Shown here: in pieces, positions 39,811-53,029 of the stretch
How positions within the stretch are numbered: position 1 is the stretch's first letter
How the letters are laid out: each line of letters opens with the position of its first letter
Made by a program: the position numbers and the translations under genes
The notes under the pieces: model-generated
Seen by the model: only the letters and a program-made list of their open reading frames with translations
What the model was told of the DNA's origin: nothing
Databases searched by the model: none
Assembly: GCA_951406725.2 (NCBI GenBank)
Contig: OX597817.1
Coordinates: 88,784,001 to 88,848,000 of the forward strand
Length of the DNA: 64,000 bases
Source of the DNA: Octopus vulgaris
Lineage: Eukaryota
Reading direction: 5' to 3'

Positions 39811-41787
39811 TATAACAAAAGCCACTCGAAAGCAAACTTCCGCCCTTGCTTATTTAACCTTTGCCCATCAAAGGAAAACGATCTTTGCGATATTTTACCA
39901 TAAACTACTGACATTCAAGATACAACAACCTCCAGACCTTCCACCGCGCACACGCATCGGTAACGGCAGCCATTTTCTCGCTGCCTCTTTTCACTTTCTC
40001 TTTATCTGATTTGGACCTGTCTATTGGCCGTTAGGGGACATAGCTTATATCTGATAACAGCAGTCATTATCTGACATATTTATCTCCCCTTCCAGTCGTA
40101 CGGACCTGTTCATACTGAGTAGATGAAAGGAACAGAAATGATCTCTTGGAATGGCGACCATTTTGTCACCTCTGCCCTACCGTCTAACTCAAATGGAACT
40201 GTTCATTCGCTATAGAAAGAGGGGGCAAAGCTTATACTTGATAAGAGCAGATATTTTGTTTCTTCTTCAACTACTCTTTAACTGAGATGGAACAACTCGT
40301 TTGTTGTAGAAAAGAAGAAAAGGCTTATTTCTGACAATACTAGACATTATTCTTACTTTAGCTATCACTTAACTGATTTAGAAGTTGTCTGTTATCGAAA
40401 AGGGTGTAAACAGTACATGTTTGACAATAGCAAGCATGTTATTCTTGCTTCAGTTACTCCTTAACTGGATTGAAACTGTAAAAAAAATGTAGCACAGAAA
40501 CATTGGATTAATAGCTGTACTCATTTAATTAGTGCATTTTTTCCCTGTTAAATTAGTACCAGGATGTAATGAAGGACAACATTCATAACCTTTCTGATCC
40601 CTCTTAAATTGGCTAGATTGATGGTCTGTTTGAAAATCAGTAGGTTCAAAGTTTGCCGGGAAAACAATGGGGAAAGAGGGGGAATTCTTGTAGGGTTTCA
40701 GCTCTTGCACGTAATGACTGGCGAAAAATGTGCAGTGTCTTATTGGAAAGGATGGGACGCAGAAAGGATGCGGCGCAAAAAGGATTATGAAATAAGAAAA
40801 ATCGGGAACATGTGATTAGTTTGAAAGGATGGGATACACAGATTACTAAGTTAGATGAGCTGAGGCCGTTATACAAGCAGAAAAAAAAAAGAAGCGTATC
40901 GGTGAGCTGATGGTTGTAGTGTGTCGGTGAACAGATAAATACTATAACTATACTAAGATCCATAACTATTGTTAGAATACGACCGTACTTGAGGATTTTG
41001 GTGACATATTTCTCCTTTTGTACAACAGCGCACGGCCGCATCCCAACATAACATATTGTTATAGAAGCCATAATACATGTTTGTATACAGTGCCAAAGTA
41101 AATGAATAAAGGACGCCCAAAACCGTTCTACTTTTATAAAGAGAAGATAGATTTTATTCACAGTGTACAAAGTGATTTGTGATTATTAGCGTAGTGTTGT
41201 GTCATGAATGCATGCTTATAATATTTGTCTGTGTGTTCGTGTGTGCTACAGAAGTACAGAATAAGGTGTATGCAAATACAACAGAGCATAAGAGAAGTCT
41301 CAACAATTTGAGTTAAAATGGAGTTATTTTAGAGTTATTTTACCAGTTCATGTAGTACACGATAATGAGTTCTATAACAAGATTTGAGTCTCGGAGCGGA
41401 GATTTGTTGAGTCACTTGTGCATATTTTTCTCTTGATATAGATATTCTTTCAGATATATATACTGCAACTGTTTTTCCATGGTGAGATTTTCACACTAAC
41501 AGCATGAGTTGAATCTGTATTTATCTTGTTGTGTACAAGTTGAAATCTTCGTAGATAGAGACGATGTTGGTGATGACGTTCTGTCTGTCGCTGGTTTACA
41601 ATAGTGTCTTCATAGTATGGTTGGCTTAGCTGTCGTCTGCCTTTCGAACTGGAACATGGTTGAGTAAGCTCTGTGTGGTCTTCGATTAAGACCTTAAAAG
41701 GTCTTAAGCCGAAAGACGGTGAATCATCAAATAATCAGCCTATTTATGGAATTAAGATGGCTCAAATGAAAGGTCCTATCCGAAAGC

Positions 41788-41912
41788 CGTGATTGGTCAG
41801 TTTACACACTGGCGCGAAATAAGTAGAGAGACAGACCGCGCTTAGATGCTAACCAATCAGATCAGTGGACACAACAAGGTTAAACTAGCCAAAGATGTTT
41901 GTAATTTCAAAC
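41788..41912. promoter_or_regulatory. Candidate Pol II promoter: two CCAAT boxes, E2F site, CHR-like element
   Basis: gattgg 41791-41796, tggcgcgaaa 41810-41819, aaccaatcag 41851-41860, tttcaaa 41905-41911, all in non-repeat DNA. Confidence 0.45.
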
Positions 41913-42000
41913 GAGATCATTCCTAATGTTTTTCTCAAACAGTGAAGATAGCAATGAAGATAGCCATATTGTTACACTATAGGACTTATCTGGTCTGCCT

Positions 42001-42600
42001 ATATTATCTTAGTGGGCTGTAACATTCCGTCATTTCTACTTAATAACCAGTTGTTCTGCATTATATCTTGGTCTCTAATTGAAGCTTAGTGAGCTGTAAA
42101 ATCCCATGGTACTTAGTTACTATTAGGTGAACTATACTTTCATTTAGTCCCTAGTTATAGCTAGGTCAGCCGTACAACCCTGAAGCCTAGTTACAGCCAG
42201 ATGGATTATACTACTGTATATTACCTTACTACAGGTAAGTGTATTGTCTATTAGTCTGGCAACTACTTGTAGCCAGTTAAGTTAAATTACCTTTTTGTAC
42301 ATATTAGGGCTAGGTAAGCTATACAGCTTCTACATATACATAATACCGGGTTAACTGTACCATCCATTAGCATTTACTAGGAACTTTGTGAACTAAACTA
42401 CCATTCTGTAGTGCCTACTTAAAGCTTCTTGAAGTATATCATCTAAGGCACCTACTGACAATTAGGTAGACTCCATCCGTGTTACCCACTTACAGCTAGA
42501 TAGATTACACAACCTGTGGCACCTGCTTTTAGCCTGTTGGATTATTCTACATTTGTGGTACCTACATAGACTTAGGTAGAGAGCATCGCCCAGCAGTCAC
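42001..42600. repeat. Highly diverged tandem array, about 16 units of 34-41 bp (mode 38)
   Basis: Manual phasing gives consensus near ACTTAYAGCTAGGTRRAYTRTACNACC..TGGYACCT; unit starts at about 42038, 42077, 42115, 42153, 42189, 42227, 42265, 42417, 42488, 42525. Confidence 0.7.
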
Positions 42601-43190
42601 GTCAAAATCTAAGTGAATTCTTCCATTGATAACAAAATGTATTGGTTAAGGATACAATGTCGTGTCTGTGATAGTAAGTGAATTTCTGAAGGATGTCCGA
42701 TATTATATCGATTCGGATATCATTGAAACCTTTCTACTACCGACAGAAGAAAAATTACATTGGTTGATGCAATAGATAGGTGTCCGAGAGCTAAAGGATT
42801 CTGGATAGGAAGTATAAGGTCAATGTATCGGTGTGTATTTATGTAGAGAGAGAAAGTGTAGGGGAAGAGGTCATCCGATAATGGCAGAGAGAGAGGGAGA
42901 GAGAGAGAGAGAGAAGGTGAGAGAGAGGGAGGGCAGATAGGAGAGAGAGGAAAAGAGGGAATGATGGAAAGGGGAAAGAATGGCAGCAAAAAGTGAGTGA
43001 AAGATTCAGAGAAAAGAACAGCGATAGAGAAAGAAAGACAAAAATAGAGACAAATAGAGAGGAGTAGAGAGAGAAGGGGGAAGGGAGGAAAGAGGGGAGA
43101 GCCAGTGAGAAAGGGGGGAGAAAAGGGGATATAAAGAAGTAGAGAGAGAAAGTAAAAAGAGACGCTTGTGTAATTTTACAGCTCGATATA

Positions 43191-43688
43191 TCTATATATA
43201 TAAAACTGTAGTTGTGTGAGTGTCTGTCCCCTTCGATTTAGATTCCTAACTACTCCCACATTTTGCGGTGCAGTTTAACCAAATTCGGCTATCTTATAGT
43301 CGTGATTTATATCGAGCCCGTCTGCGTATTAGCGCGCGTCTACGATGAGTCTACGATTTTAAAAATAATTTAACATCATTTTTTATTCCATTTTAATGTA
43401 TAATTTTTCGTGTGTCGATGGCGGCGGAGTTGGCGTCCATGGTCACACCTGCACCTGTTTGCTTCTCCCTCTTCTTCCCTCCCTCGTGAAGCTGTGGGGA
43501 AGGGAGTGTAAGGAAATCAACGTTGTAAAGCGTTGTCAAGGAGACCAGCGTTCTTTTAGAACAACGACTTCATGGCTTGAAGACACCAAAACAGAAATGG
43601 CTAAGAAAGCCCGAATTGGCATCTATAAGGGAATGCTTATATAGTTATTTCCCTTACAAACCCGAGCAACGCCAGGCGATACTGCTAG
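43191..43688 (+). mobile_element. Non-autonomous Helitron
   Basis: A|TCTATATATATAAAA ... subterminal cccgagcaacgccagg, CTAG|T. Confidence 0.88.
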
Positions 43689-44046
43689 TGGTATATAAAT
43701 AGCGTTACTAGTTAAAATCAAGCGTGACATGAACACACACACACACACATGCATACACATACATACGCACACATACACACATACACACATACACACACAC
43801 ATGCATGTCAATATGGAAATAATAATCAAGTGCTTGCGATGGAAAACCTTTTGTTTTTGTTTTTTATATGAGAAAGGAGTTACCGAGATACCCGCAGACA
43901 AGCACGGGTTAAAAACGCAATATTGGTCCCTCTCCGAATTAAGGACTATCGAAACCATGAACTCAAATTCATTAACTGATAAAAAGATAAGATGCAACAA
44001 AGCTCTTTGAATAACTAGATGAAACTCTTCAAGCAATCTCCCAATT

Positions 44047-44428
44047 ATTGGTTTCAGATTTTGGCACAAGGCCTGCAATTGCGGAGGAAAGTGTAAGTCA
44101 ACAACATCAACCGCAGTGCTCGACTAGTACTTACTTTATCGACCTCGAAAGGATGAAGGGCATTTGAACTCAGAACGAGAAGACGAGCGAAATACCTAAT
44201 TCTTTACTACCCACGAGGGGCTAAACACAGAGAGGACAAACAAGGAGAGACAAACGGATTAAGTCGATTATATCTACCCAAGTGCGTAACTGGTACTTAT
44301 TCAATCGACCCCGAAAGGATGAAAGGCAAAGTCGACCTCGGCGGAATTTGAACTCAGAACGTAGCGGCAGACGAAATACCGCTAAGCATTTCGCCTGGCG
44401 TGCTAACGTTTCTGCCAGCTCGCCGCCT
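44047..44428 (-). mobile_element. Two tandem SINE family B copies (44047-44195 partial; 44199-44428 complete)
   Basis: Homology to the other copies. Confidence 0.88.
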
Positions 44429-44838
44429 TCGACTTTCACATTATTTCAGACGAAATAAAAGATATATACGACCTAAAAACGCTTCTACACTAAATATACT
44501 TTTACCACGACAATATGTGACCACATAAGTTTTGGTAAATTGTGCTGGTCAGTGGTCCTCCATCCAACGCAGAGCCTGACTTAGGCGCCCTCCAGCTTCA
44601 ACTTGGTGAAACTAGAGGTGAAAGTGAATGTGAGGAAGTAGGTACAATAGTGCACACCTGATTTTTTTCCAGGGAGATTTGAGCATAAGCCTCAACGATA
44701 TCGTAAATAAATCGCTTGTGATGGAGGTTATGTTGAGTGATATTTTTGTATAGAAGATGAATTACTTTGCCTAAATGTGCCTATTGAGCGACCTATGTCT
44801 GCAAATATATATGAAAAACGCTAAGGTCCAACCTTTAC

Positions 44839-44871
<33 letters not shown>

Positions 44872-45643
44872 TGTATGTATGTATGTATGTATGTATGTAT
44901 GTATGTATGTACGTACGTTTGTATGCATGTATGTATGTACGTACGTTTGCATGTATGTATGTTTGCGTGCAAGTATGTATGTATATATGCAAGTATGCAA
45001 ATACGTTTATGTATGTATGTACACAAATTAAGGATACGTGGCGTTCCATTAAATGATAAGTTAAAAAAAACACTTAATAAATGCGCAAACACACGGAAAA
45101 TAGTTACAGAAGGTCACCAAATTCTCACCAGTTATCGGCCAGAGGGTCAAATGCAATTCTGCACCTTCAACGGCAATTTCGATTTCCTCTTATAGCGCCG
45201 GCAGCAAGTAGCTGCCGGGAAATGGCGAGCCAACGAACAAGGGACCGAGCATAACAGAAAGTGAACAAACAAGAAATAAACAAATATGCAATACAGAAAG
45301 TGAACATGCAAATACGAACTTAGCGTGATTCAAGACGAGACCATTCGTGAACGGACAAGGGACAAACGCGAAATGAGGACATACTAACAAACTGAAATAA
45401 AGAGAATACGGCTTTAGGACTAGACAAGAGACGTAAAGGTGGTTAATATCAGGAGGAATATCTTAGAGGATTACAAACAGAAGGACAACAAAGAGAGAGC
45501 GAAAAGGGTTGAAAGTAGGAGACAAGAGAAAACACGACCAGTCACTTCGGCAGTTGGTGTGAAAAAAGAAGGAGAGAGAATAAAAGATGACGATGACCAC
45601 CGGTCACATGTCAATAGTAGGAGAGAGAAAAATGGTAGATGGC

Positions 45644-45674
<31 letters not shown>

Positions 45675-45782
45675 TAGAGAGAGAGAGAGAGATACCGAGC
45701 AGTGAGGGAAGGGGACAAAGAGAGAGAGAGAGGAAGATAAAGAGACATAGAGACAGAGATAGAGAAATAGATAGATGGATAC

Positions 45783-45826
<44 letters not shown>

Positions 45827-46092
45827 GTTAAAAGGGAAAGAAAGGATAGGAATAGACTTGTACGAAAATATAAAAACACTTTCTGTAACAAAATAAGGGC
45901 ACATGGCGTTCTATGAAATAAGTTAAAAAGCAATAAATGCACAAACGAAAAACGGACACAGAAGATCCCCAAATCCTCAGTGTATGTATATACATATATA
46001 CACACACACATGAGTGAGTAGACAAACGAAAGAAGGGCGCTCAACTCATTAGTTGAGAGTTACATGTATGAATCAACAAACTGTTTTGATCC

Positions 46093-46146
<54 letters not shown>

Positions 46147-46398
46147 ATGTGTGTGTATGTATGCATGTATTATCATGTGTGCGTGTGTGTGTATGTATGC
46201 ATAAACATATGTATGTATATATTATGTATGTATGTGTGTGTGCGCGTGTGTCACTGTGTTTGTGATTATAACTCACCACAGTGGTGTCGTAGAATCGAAG
46301 CAGTCCAGTGACCAGGTCGGAAATCGGACGAAATTCCGCTAAGCATTCTGTTCATCGTGCTAACGATTCTGTCAACCTGCCTTAAAATGCACAAATAA

Positions 46399-47042
46399 TC
46401 TAATATATAAAGTCCGTTCTGTCTGTCTGTTTGTGCGTTGTTCATCCGATCGCGCTGAAATTTTAAACATGGCGTTCCGTAATCGAAAAAGATTTTCAAA
46501 ATTGTTAGTTTCAAAGTGAGAATCGCTATTTTTGTAATCTTTTTGTCCTGTTTATTCCGCCATTAAAAGCAACGTGTTTGCTCAGACAGCCAGCACATGC
46601 CATTTCGCTAGCAACAAGGGGAGTACAGGATGACAGTCAGCCAAAGCCATCGCTATGCTGTCTCGCTTTCCTCTCTCTGTCTCTCTTATGATGCCCGATT
46701 CCACTTGAAATTGTATGTATATTGTGTTAAGATTCGTTATCAATCATTTATCCTTATTGAGAAGAAACAGTCAAAAGTAACCACAACATACAATCACCAA
46801 ACATCTCCACTACTTAAAACCGTCCAAGTTTGGGGTTAATAATCTTAATCTTTAGTTACAATTTCTCATTCACACTACATAATAGGCAGAATTGTCGGAT
46901 TAAGATAGTAGGGTGTTTTGAGGGAGGTTTGGCTGCTATTTCTACCGGGTCTACCTATCATGCAGATGTCTCCCTCATTGGCTCATACATACATACATAT
47001 ATACATACATATATACATAAAATCAAAATAAAAAGTCTGTCC

Positions 47043-47111
<69 letters not shown>

Positions 47112-48003
47112 CTTATGCATTCCAAGACCGTGTTACAGATTTTGGCGCATGGGGTATCAAAAGATTCAGTACTATTTCAACTACAAATTAAATATAATTT
47201 CCATTCCCATATTTGCCTTTCAAAAATTTAACATTATAATCTTTTCCATAAATCGACTATCTTAAACATTTTATACGATCACGTCACATTTTCTATATGT
47301 GTGTGTACCTTAAAAGACATCAACCATCACGACACACACCTTCACTCACTCTATCTCTATTTCTCTCTCTCACACACCGCACACGCACGCACGCACACTC
47401 ACACACACACACACACACGCGCGCGCGTCTATATCATATAGACTCGTTTCTGTAGAGATTTAAAATTTTCAAATGAAGCAAATGGTATGTGCTGCTCATA
47501 TTGTCAGGTAACATTGTTGGCACTACCAGTTCCTTCTCAACCTCTTATGGATCTTCTAGAAGGCACTTCCATCGAGTCAAAGGATTTTCTGAACAATATC
47601 AGACAATACAACTCTGCCTTTCAAATGACATCGTTTGGTGCATCTAAGAAGATAGATAAACCTGAATTTACGCCGACGTTAAAGTTCAAGGGCAAGTCTA
47701 TCACCTCATTGGTTCCCTGTTATCCACAAATGAACTGACTGCTGCAAAAGAGAGTATATCCACTGACAGGTGCGTTCAACAATCACATAACCCTCACCTC
47801 CAATTTTCCATGACAGATTAGAGCCTGAAACACTCCAAACGGACGCATAGCATGTTGCTTAGTCGAATTAGCCCAGCATTTACTGCACAAATGTTTTGTT
47901 GTCAATGCTGCACTTTCCCATATCACCTGTTTCAACATAACTGTAATATATTATATAAAACTATTCCATTTTAATCCTGAGCAACGCCGGGTATCTTTGC
48001 TAC
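46399..48003 (+). mobile_element. Helitron-derived region with RepHel remnant
   Basis: A|TC start at 46399; 3' cctgagcaacgccggg...CTAC|T. May be a composite of two elements. Confidence 0.65.
47461..47738 (+). pseudogene. Helitron RepHel N-terminal fragment
   Basis: MCCS.CQV.L..LP.P..PL.DLL.G...SKDFLNNIRQYNSAFQMTSFGA, then in a shifted frame GQVYHLIGSL. Confidence 0.88.
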
Positions 48004-48191
48004 TATATGCATATAAACATAAACTTCCTGCCTTTCTATTTGACTGTCACTGTAACACACACACACACATACACACGCACACGCACACACACACACACAC
48101 ATTCAAATACATTGTTCATATTCACTCTCGTACACATGCAATGTCTACCTTAATTACATTCTTACCACTGACAGCCTACCAACATACCAAC

Positions 48192-51100
48192 TGTTGTGGC
48201 GAAAGTCATTGACACCCCTGTGGGATTGAAAGAAAGTACTTACCAAACTCTTATAAAAAGTAGCGTATTGGTTCAGACGAGAGAGAAGGTCGTATGAGTC
48301 GTTGAGAGTTCGTGGAGGTCGAAGAAGTAGTTAAGATCGTTGAGAGTTTGTATTTACTGGAGTATCGTATTTAGTGGAGTAATTTGAAATACGTCATGTG
48401 AAGACGCTTGTGTCTATCCCCGCTTCGTGAAATCTGCATATCCAACGTAGAGAAGGATTAAAAGTGGCGACGAGGATATCTCTCTATATATAAACGGCAG
48501 TTTGTCTGTGTGTGTTTCTGTGTGTCTGTTAGGTTGTACCCTCACCCTGACCACGGCTTTCAACCGATTCTGATGAAACTTGACACACACCTAGCCCAAT
48601 GTCATAATTCAAAACTAACGCAGCGAAAATTTTGAAAAGTTCCCCCAGTTCTGAAAATAATCGATAAATTCGACATGGGGTCGAGAATCAGAAACACAAA
48701 CCACAGACTGTCTAGGGAACGCAACTCGACCTTTTTAACTAAAAAAAAATTTACCATCATTTTTTTTCCATTTTTTGGCTATAACTCTCTAAAAATGCTT
48801 TATAGTTATTTCCCTTACAAACCCGAGCAACGCCGGGCGATACTGCTAGTCCACTTATAAAAGTGGCGACGTGTTTATTCGAAGCTTACACTAACATTTT
48901 CTTTTGATACAAAATCAAAGAAAAATGAGTTGACTTGGAAAACTTATTAGCCTCCGTGGTGCAGTTGCAACAGCAACAACAGTTACAGCAGCAATTATAA
49001 CAGCAACAACAAAAACAACAACAATACCAGTTGTTATTGGAATTAATGCTGAAGTTCAAAAATACTTCAGGTTCGTTCACGCCAGATGGTGTAGCAAACG
49101 CAATTTCAGAATTTAGTTATAACCCAAAAGAAGGTATTACTTTCTCTGCATATTTCTGAAGATATGAAGAAATCTTCAAAGAGGAATGCAAAAACAGGAC
49201 GGAGAATGAAAAGGTACGACTACTTCTAAGAAAATAATCCCCTGCCAAACACGGAAAATACTGTAACTTCACTCTGCAAAAAAAAAAAAAAAAAAGCCAT
49301 CTTGTGAAATTTGTTTCGATGAAACAATTAAATTGTTATCGAACATTTTCAGTGAGAGAAGTTCTTTGTTCAATACTCACTGGGGGTGTTTGAATTTAGT
49401 AAAAGAAAAGAAAAAAGATGATGAAGATTTCGTCACCTATGCCGGAATCATCAATCGAGAGTGTGAAAAATTCAAACTAAAAGAATTAACCCCGGACATG
49501 TTCAAAGGTCCAATTTTTGTTCAAGGGTTAACTGCAAAAGAAGATACAGAGATACGTTCCGAATATTGACAAAATTGGAACAGGACCAGAATTTGACTCT
49601 GCAGGCAGTGGTAGAGGAATGTCAGAGGTTTATTAATCTGCGACATGACGCAAATAAAATTGAAGAAAAGGATTACTCTCACATACATGCGTGTCGACCT
49701 GTAACGGATAAGGAAAATGAAAAACAAAGATCTAGACCCAATCCATTTTAGAAATAACCGTCCGTATAAAAATTTAAAATGTTTTAACTGTCAAAAAATC
49801 GGACATAAAAGCTCACATTGCAGAGTAAAAAAAAAGGTTGAACGAAAAAGTTCTGGAAGAGTTTTCTCAACAGAAAGTCTATGCGAGGTTCACAAAAGAA
49901 AGTTTGTCTACATAAAAATGAAGAATGTGAACGTGAAATTACAGCTAGATACAGGCACTGATATTACACTTATTGACTGTGACATATGAAGAAAAATTGA
50001 AAAACCTACATTAATGGAAACTTAAAAAATTGTGAAAGGTGTCTCAGGAAAAAAAAAAAATTTTTTGGACGAAATGATAACTGAGGTTACATTTCGGGGT
50101 AAAACCTTGAAAGCAAAAGTTTTTGTGTTAAATAATGTAACAAACTTGTTCGGTACTGACTGGATGGAATTGTTAAACAAATGTCTTAAAACGGGCCTCT
50201 ATCTGCTACCTACTCCGGAGAATATTTTTGCGAAGTTAAACGGTGGAAAGATATTTTCTAAGTTGGATCTCTCTGACGTGTACCTACAAATTAGAGTAGA
50301 CTTTGAAAATACCTAACAGTCAACACACATAAAGGACTGTATAAGCATAACAGGTTACTATTTGGTCTAAAAGTCGCACCAGCGATTTTTCAAGAGATTA
50401 CGGATGCAATGTTAGCGGACTGTGAATTCGGAATTCCATATCTGGATGATATACTCATTAAAAGCGAATCCAGGGATCAACACGTCGAGCACGTAAAATA
50501 TGTATTTGAAAAAATTAAGGATTACGGCTTTGCCTTGAGTAAAGAAAAGTGAATTTTCTTACCGGAAATAAGATATTTAGGTCAAATCATTGACAGAAAT
50601 GGACGACGACATGACCCGTCGAAGGCAGATGCAATTAAAAATATACCTCCGACGAATATAGCAACCTCACAAGAAGTGTTAGGACTGGCAAATTATTACC
50701 AAAATTATATCCCAAATATGAATAAGGTTAGGGCTCCCATGAATAATTTGCTGAAAAAAGATAAGAAATGGAATTGGTCGGAAAATTGTCAAAAGGCGTT
50801 TTGACGAAATAGAAAAATATTAATATCTAATTTGCCGTTAGCTCACTTCGATCCTGCACGGAGATTGTTGTAGCTCAGACGCTTCTGAGTTCGGTATAGG
50901 AGCAGTAATGCTACATAAATATAAAGATAGTAATATGAAGGCGGTGATTCATGCCTCACGTTCTCTGATATCAGCAGAGAAAAATTATAGTCAAATCGAA
51001 AAAGAAGCTCTAGTGATCATTTTTGTCGTGAAAATTTTAACAGATTTTTGCACGGTACAAGTTTTCGGCTACAAACTGATCATCGATCGTTATTACGGAT

Positions 51101-52890
51101 ATTTGGGCCGAAAAAAGGAATTCTTATTTATACTACTAGAAGGTTACAATTGGGCTACGATATTATTAAACTACGATTTCAAGATGGAGTATATTCCATC
51201 CAAGAAATTAGGCCACGCAGATTGTCTATCAAGACTGATTAAAAAAAACTCGGAACTATTTGAAGATACTGTGATTGCTGCTTTGCGAGTGAAAAATGAA
51301 ATTAAAAATGTTCTATGTAACGTCATTTGTGAACTGCCAGCTACGTTACCAGACATAAAATCAAAGTCGAAGAACGATAAATTCATTATAAAAATGAAAC
51401 GCTGAAGGCCAAAGAAAATAAGAACGTTAAATTCATTATAAAAATGGAACACTAAAAGCAAAAGAAAACAAAAATATGCACAACACAAATGTAAACTATT
51501 TCTCGCTGTGCGACAATGTGTTGATGTATGCACAAATAGTCTTGGTGCCGGCCGCACTACAAAAGCGTTTATTAAAGGATTTTCATATTGGTTACCCTGG
51601 GATTTCGAGAATGAAATTACTTATCAGAAGTTACGTATATTAGCTTACATTGGACCGTGATATTGATGAGTCGGTGAAATCCTGCAGAGGTTGTGTCTTG
51701 CAGCCAAGTCACCACCGGTAAATTTGCAACCGTGGTCTAAAACCGACAGTCTATTGACGAGGCTTCATATAGATTTTGCTGGACCAATAAATGGCGAATA
51801 TTACTTGACTGAAGTAGATAGTTATACTAAGTGGCCGGAAATATACTAATGTACGAAACCAACCTCCACGGTAACAATAGAATTTCTTCATGAACTCTTT
51901 GCAAGATATGGTGTCCCGGACACCATAGTATCCGATAACGGTACACAGTTTATGGCGTATGAGTCAAAATATTTTTGCAAAATGTACGCAGTTGAACACA
52001 TCTCTACTCCGCCATACCACCCAAGATCAAACGGGCGAGCGGAACGGTTCGTGGATACATTAAAACAAACATTAAAGAAATCAAGAAACGAACTAGTCGA
52101 TGACACAGCGTTGACATAATTCTTCAGGGCTTATAGGATAACACCAAGCCTAAACACTAGTTCAGGCAAGTCGCTGCGGAACTAATATTTTTTCGAAAAA
52201 TAAAGTCAATTTTTAACAAGCTGTTACCAGTAAGAAAAACAAATAGAGAAAACACCAAATATACGACAAAGTATTTTAAGATCGGTGATAAGGTGTTTTT
52301 CAAAATATATAAAAATGGAAGAGAAGGTTGGGAAGACGGAGTAGTAACAAAAAGAATAGGCAAAATGATGTATAAGATAAGTGAAAATGGGAACACAAAA
52401 GACACCAGCTAAAAATAGATATACGAAAAAAAGATACCTTTGATGTTCCAACGCCACAAGAAGTCGAATATAGGCGTAGCAGCACAAGAAAGAGGAAACA
52501 AACAGAACGGTTGGAAGTAGTTCCTAAACGGAAGAAATATTAAACTTCCTTAGGAAGAAAATGTCAAAATGGGAGATGTGGTGAAAGAAAAATGTAAAAA
52601 TAATAATAATGAAAATAATAGCAATATTATATTCCAACGAAAATCAAGCTCAAAAGAGGGAGATGTGGCGAGAGTTATTGACATCCCTGTGGGATTGGAA
52701 GAATGGTTCGGACGAGAGAGAAGGTCGTATGAGTCGTTGAGAGTTCGAAGAAGTCGTGGAGATCGTCAAGTGTTTGTATTTATTGGAGTATCGTCTTTAG
52801 TGGAGTAATTTGAAGTACGTCATGTGAAGACAGTTGTGTCTATCCCCGCTTCGTGAAATCTGGATATTCAACGTAGAAAAGGATATAAAA
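48192..52890 (+). mobile_element. Decayed full-length Ty3/Gypsy LTR retrotransposon (Mag-like)
   Basis: LTRs 48192-48463 and about 52664-52890; TSD CCAAC (48187-48191, 52891-52895); PBS TGGCGACGAGGAT 48465-48477; PPT aaaagagggaga 52652-52663; CFNCQKIGHKSSHC, LDTG, YLDD, NYSQIEKEAL, SDNGTQF, HPRSNGRAER. Confidence 0.95.
48479..48849 (+). mobile_element. Non-autonomous Helitron inserted just after the Gypsy PBS
   Basis: A|TC...cccgagcaacgccgggcgatactgCTAG|T; 3' end near-identical to 43640-43688. Confidence 0.9.
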
Positions 52891-53029
52891 CCAACCCATC
52901 CATGTAAGTAGCTACCTAGCTTCCAACTCAAAGTTATATCTTTTTTATTCGCTTGGTTCGGAAGAAGATGCCGTTCTCATGAGCTTCACAGTCCAAGATT
53001 AGAGGGATTGACATAGTTAATGTTTCTTT

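Noticed and set aside
40646-41170. 174-aa hydrophobic ORF that looks vaguely like a membrane protein
   Set aside because: Starts at TTG, has no recognisable motifs, and AT-rich DNA readily gives hydrophobic ORFs. A profile search would be needed.
42001-42600. CRISPR array interpretation of the periodic region
   Set aside because: No identical repeats, no cas genes, eukaryotic context.
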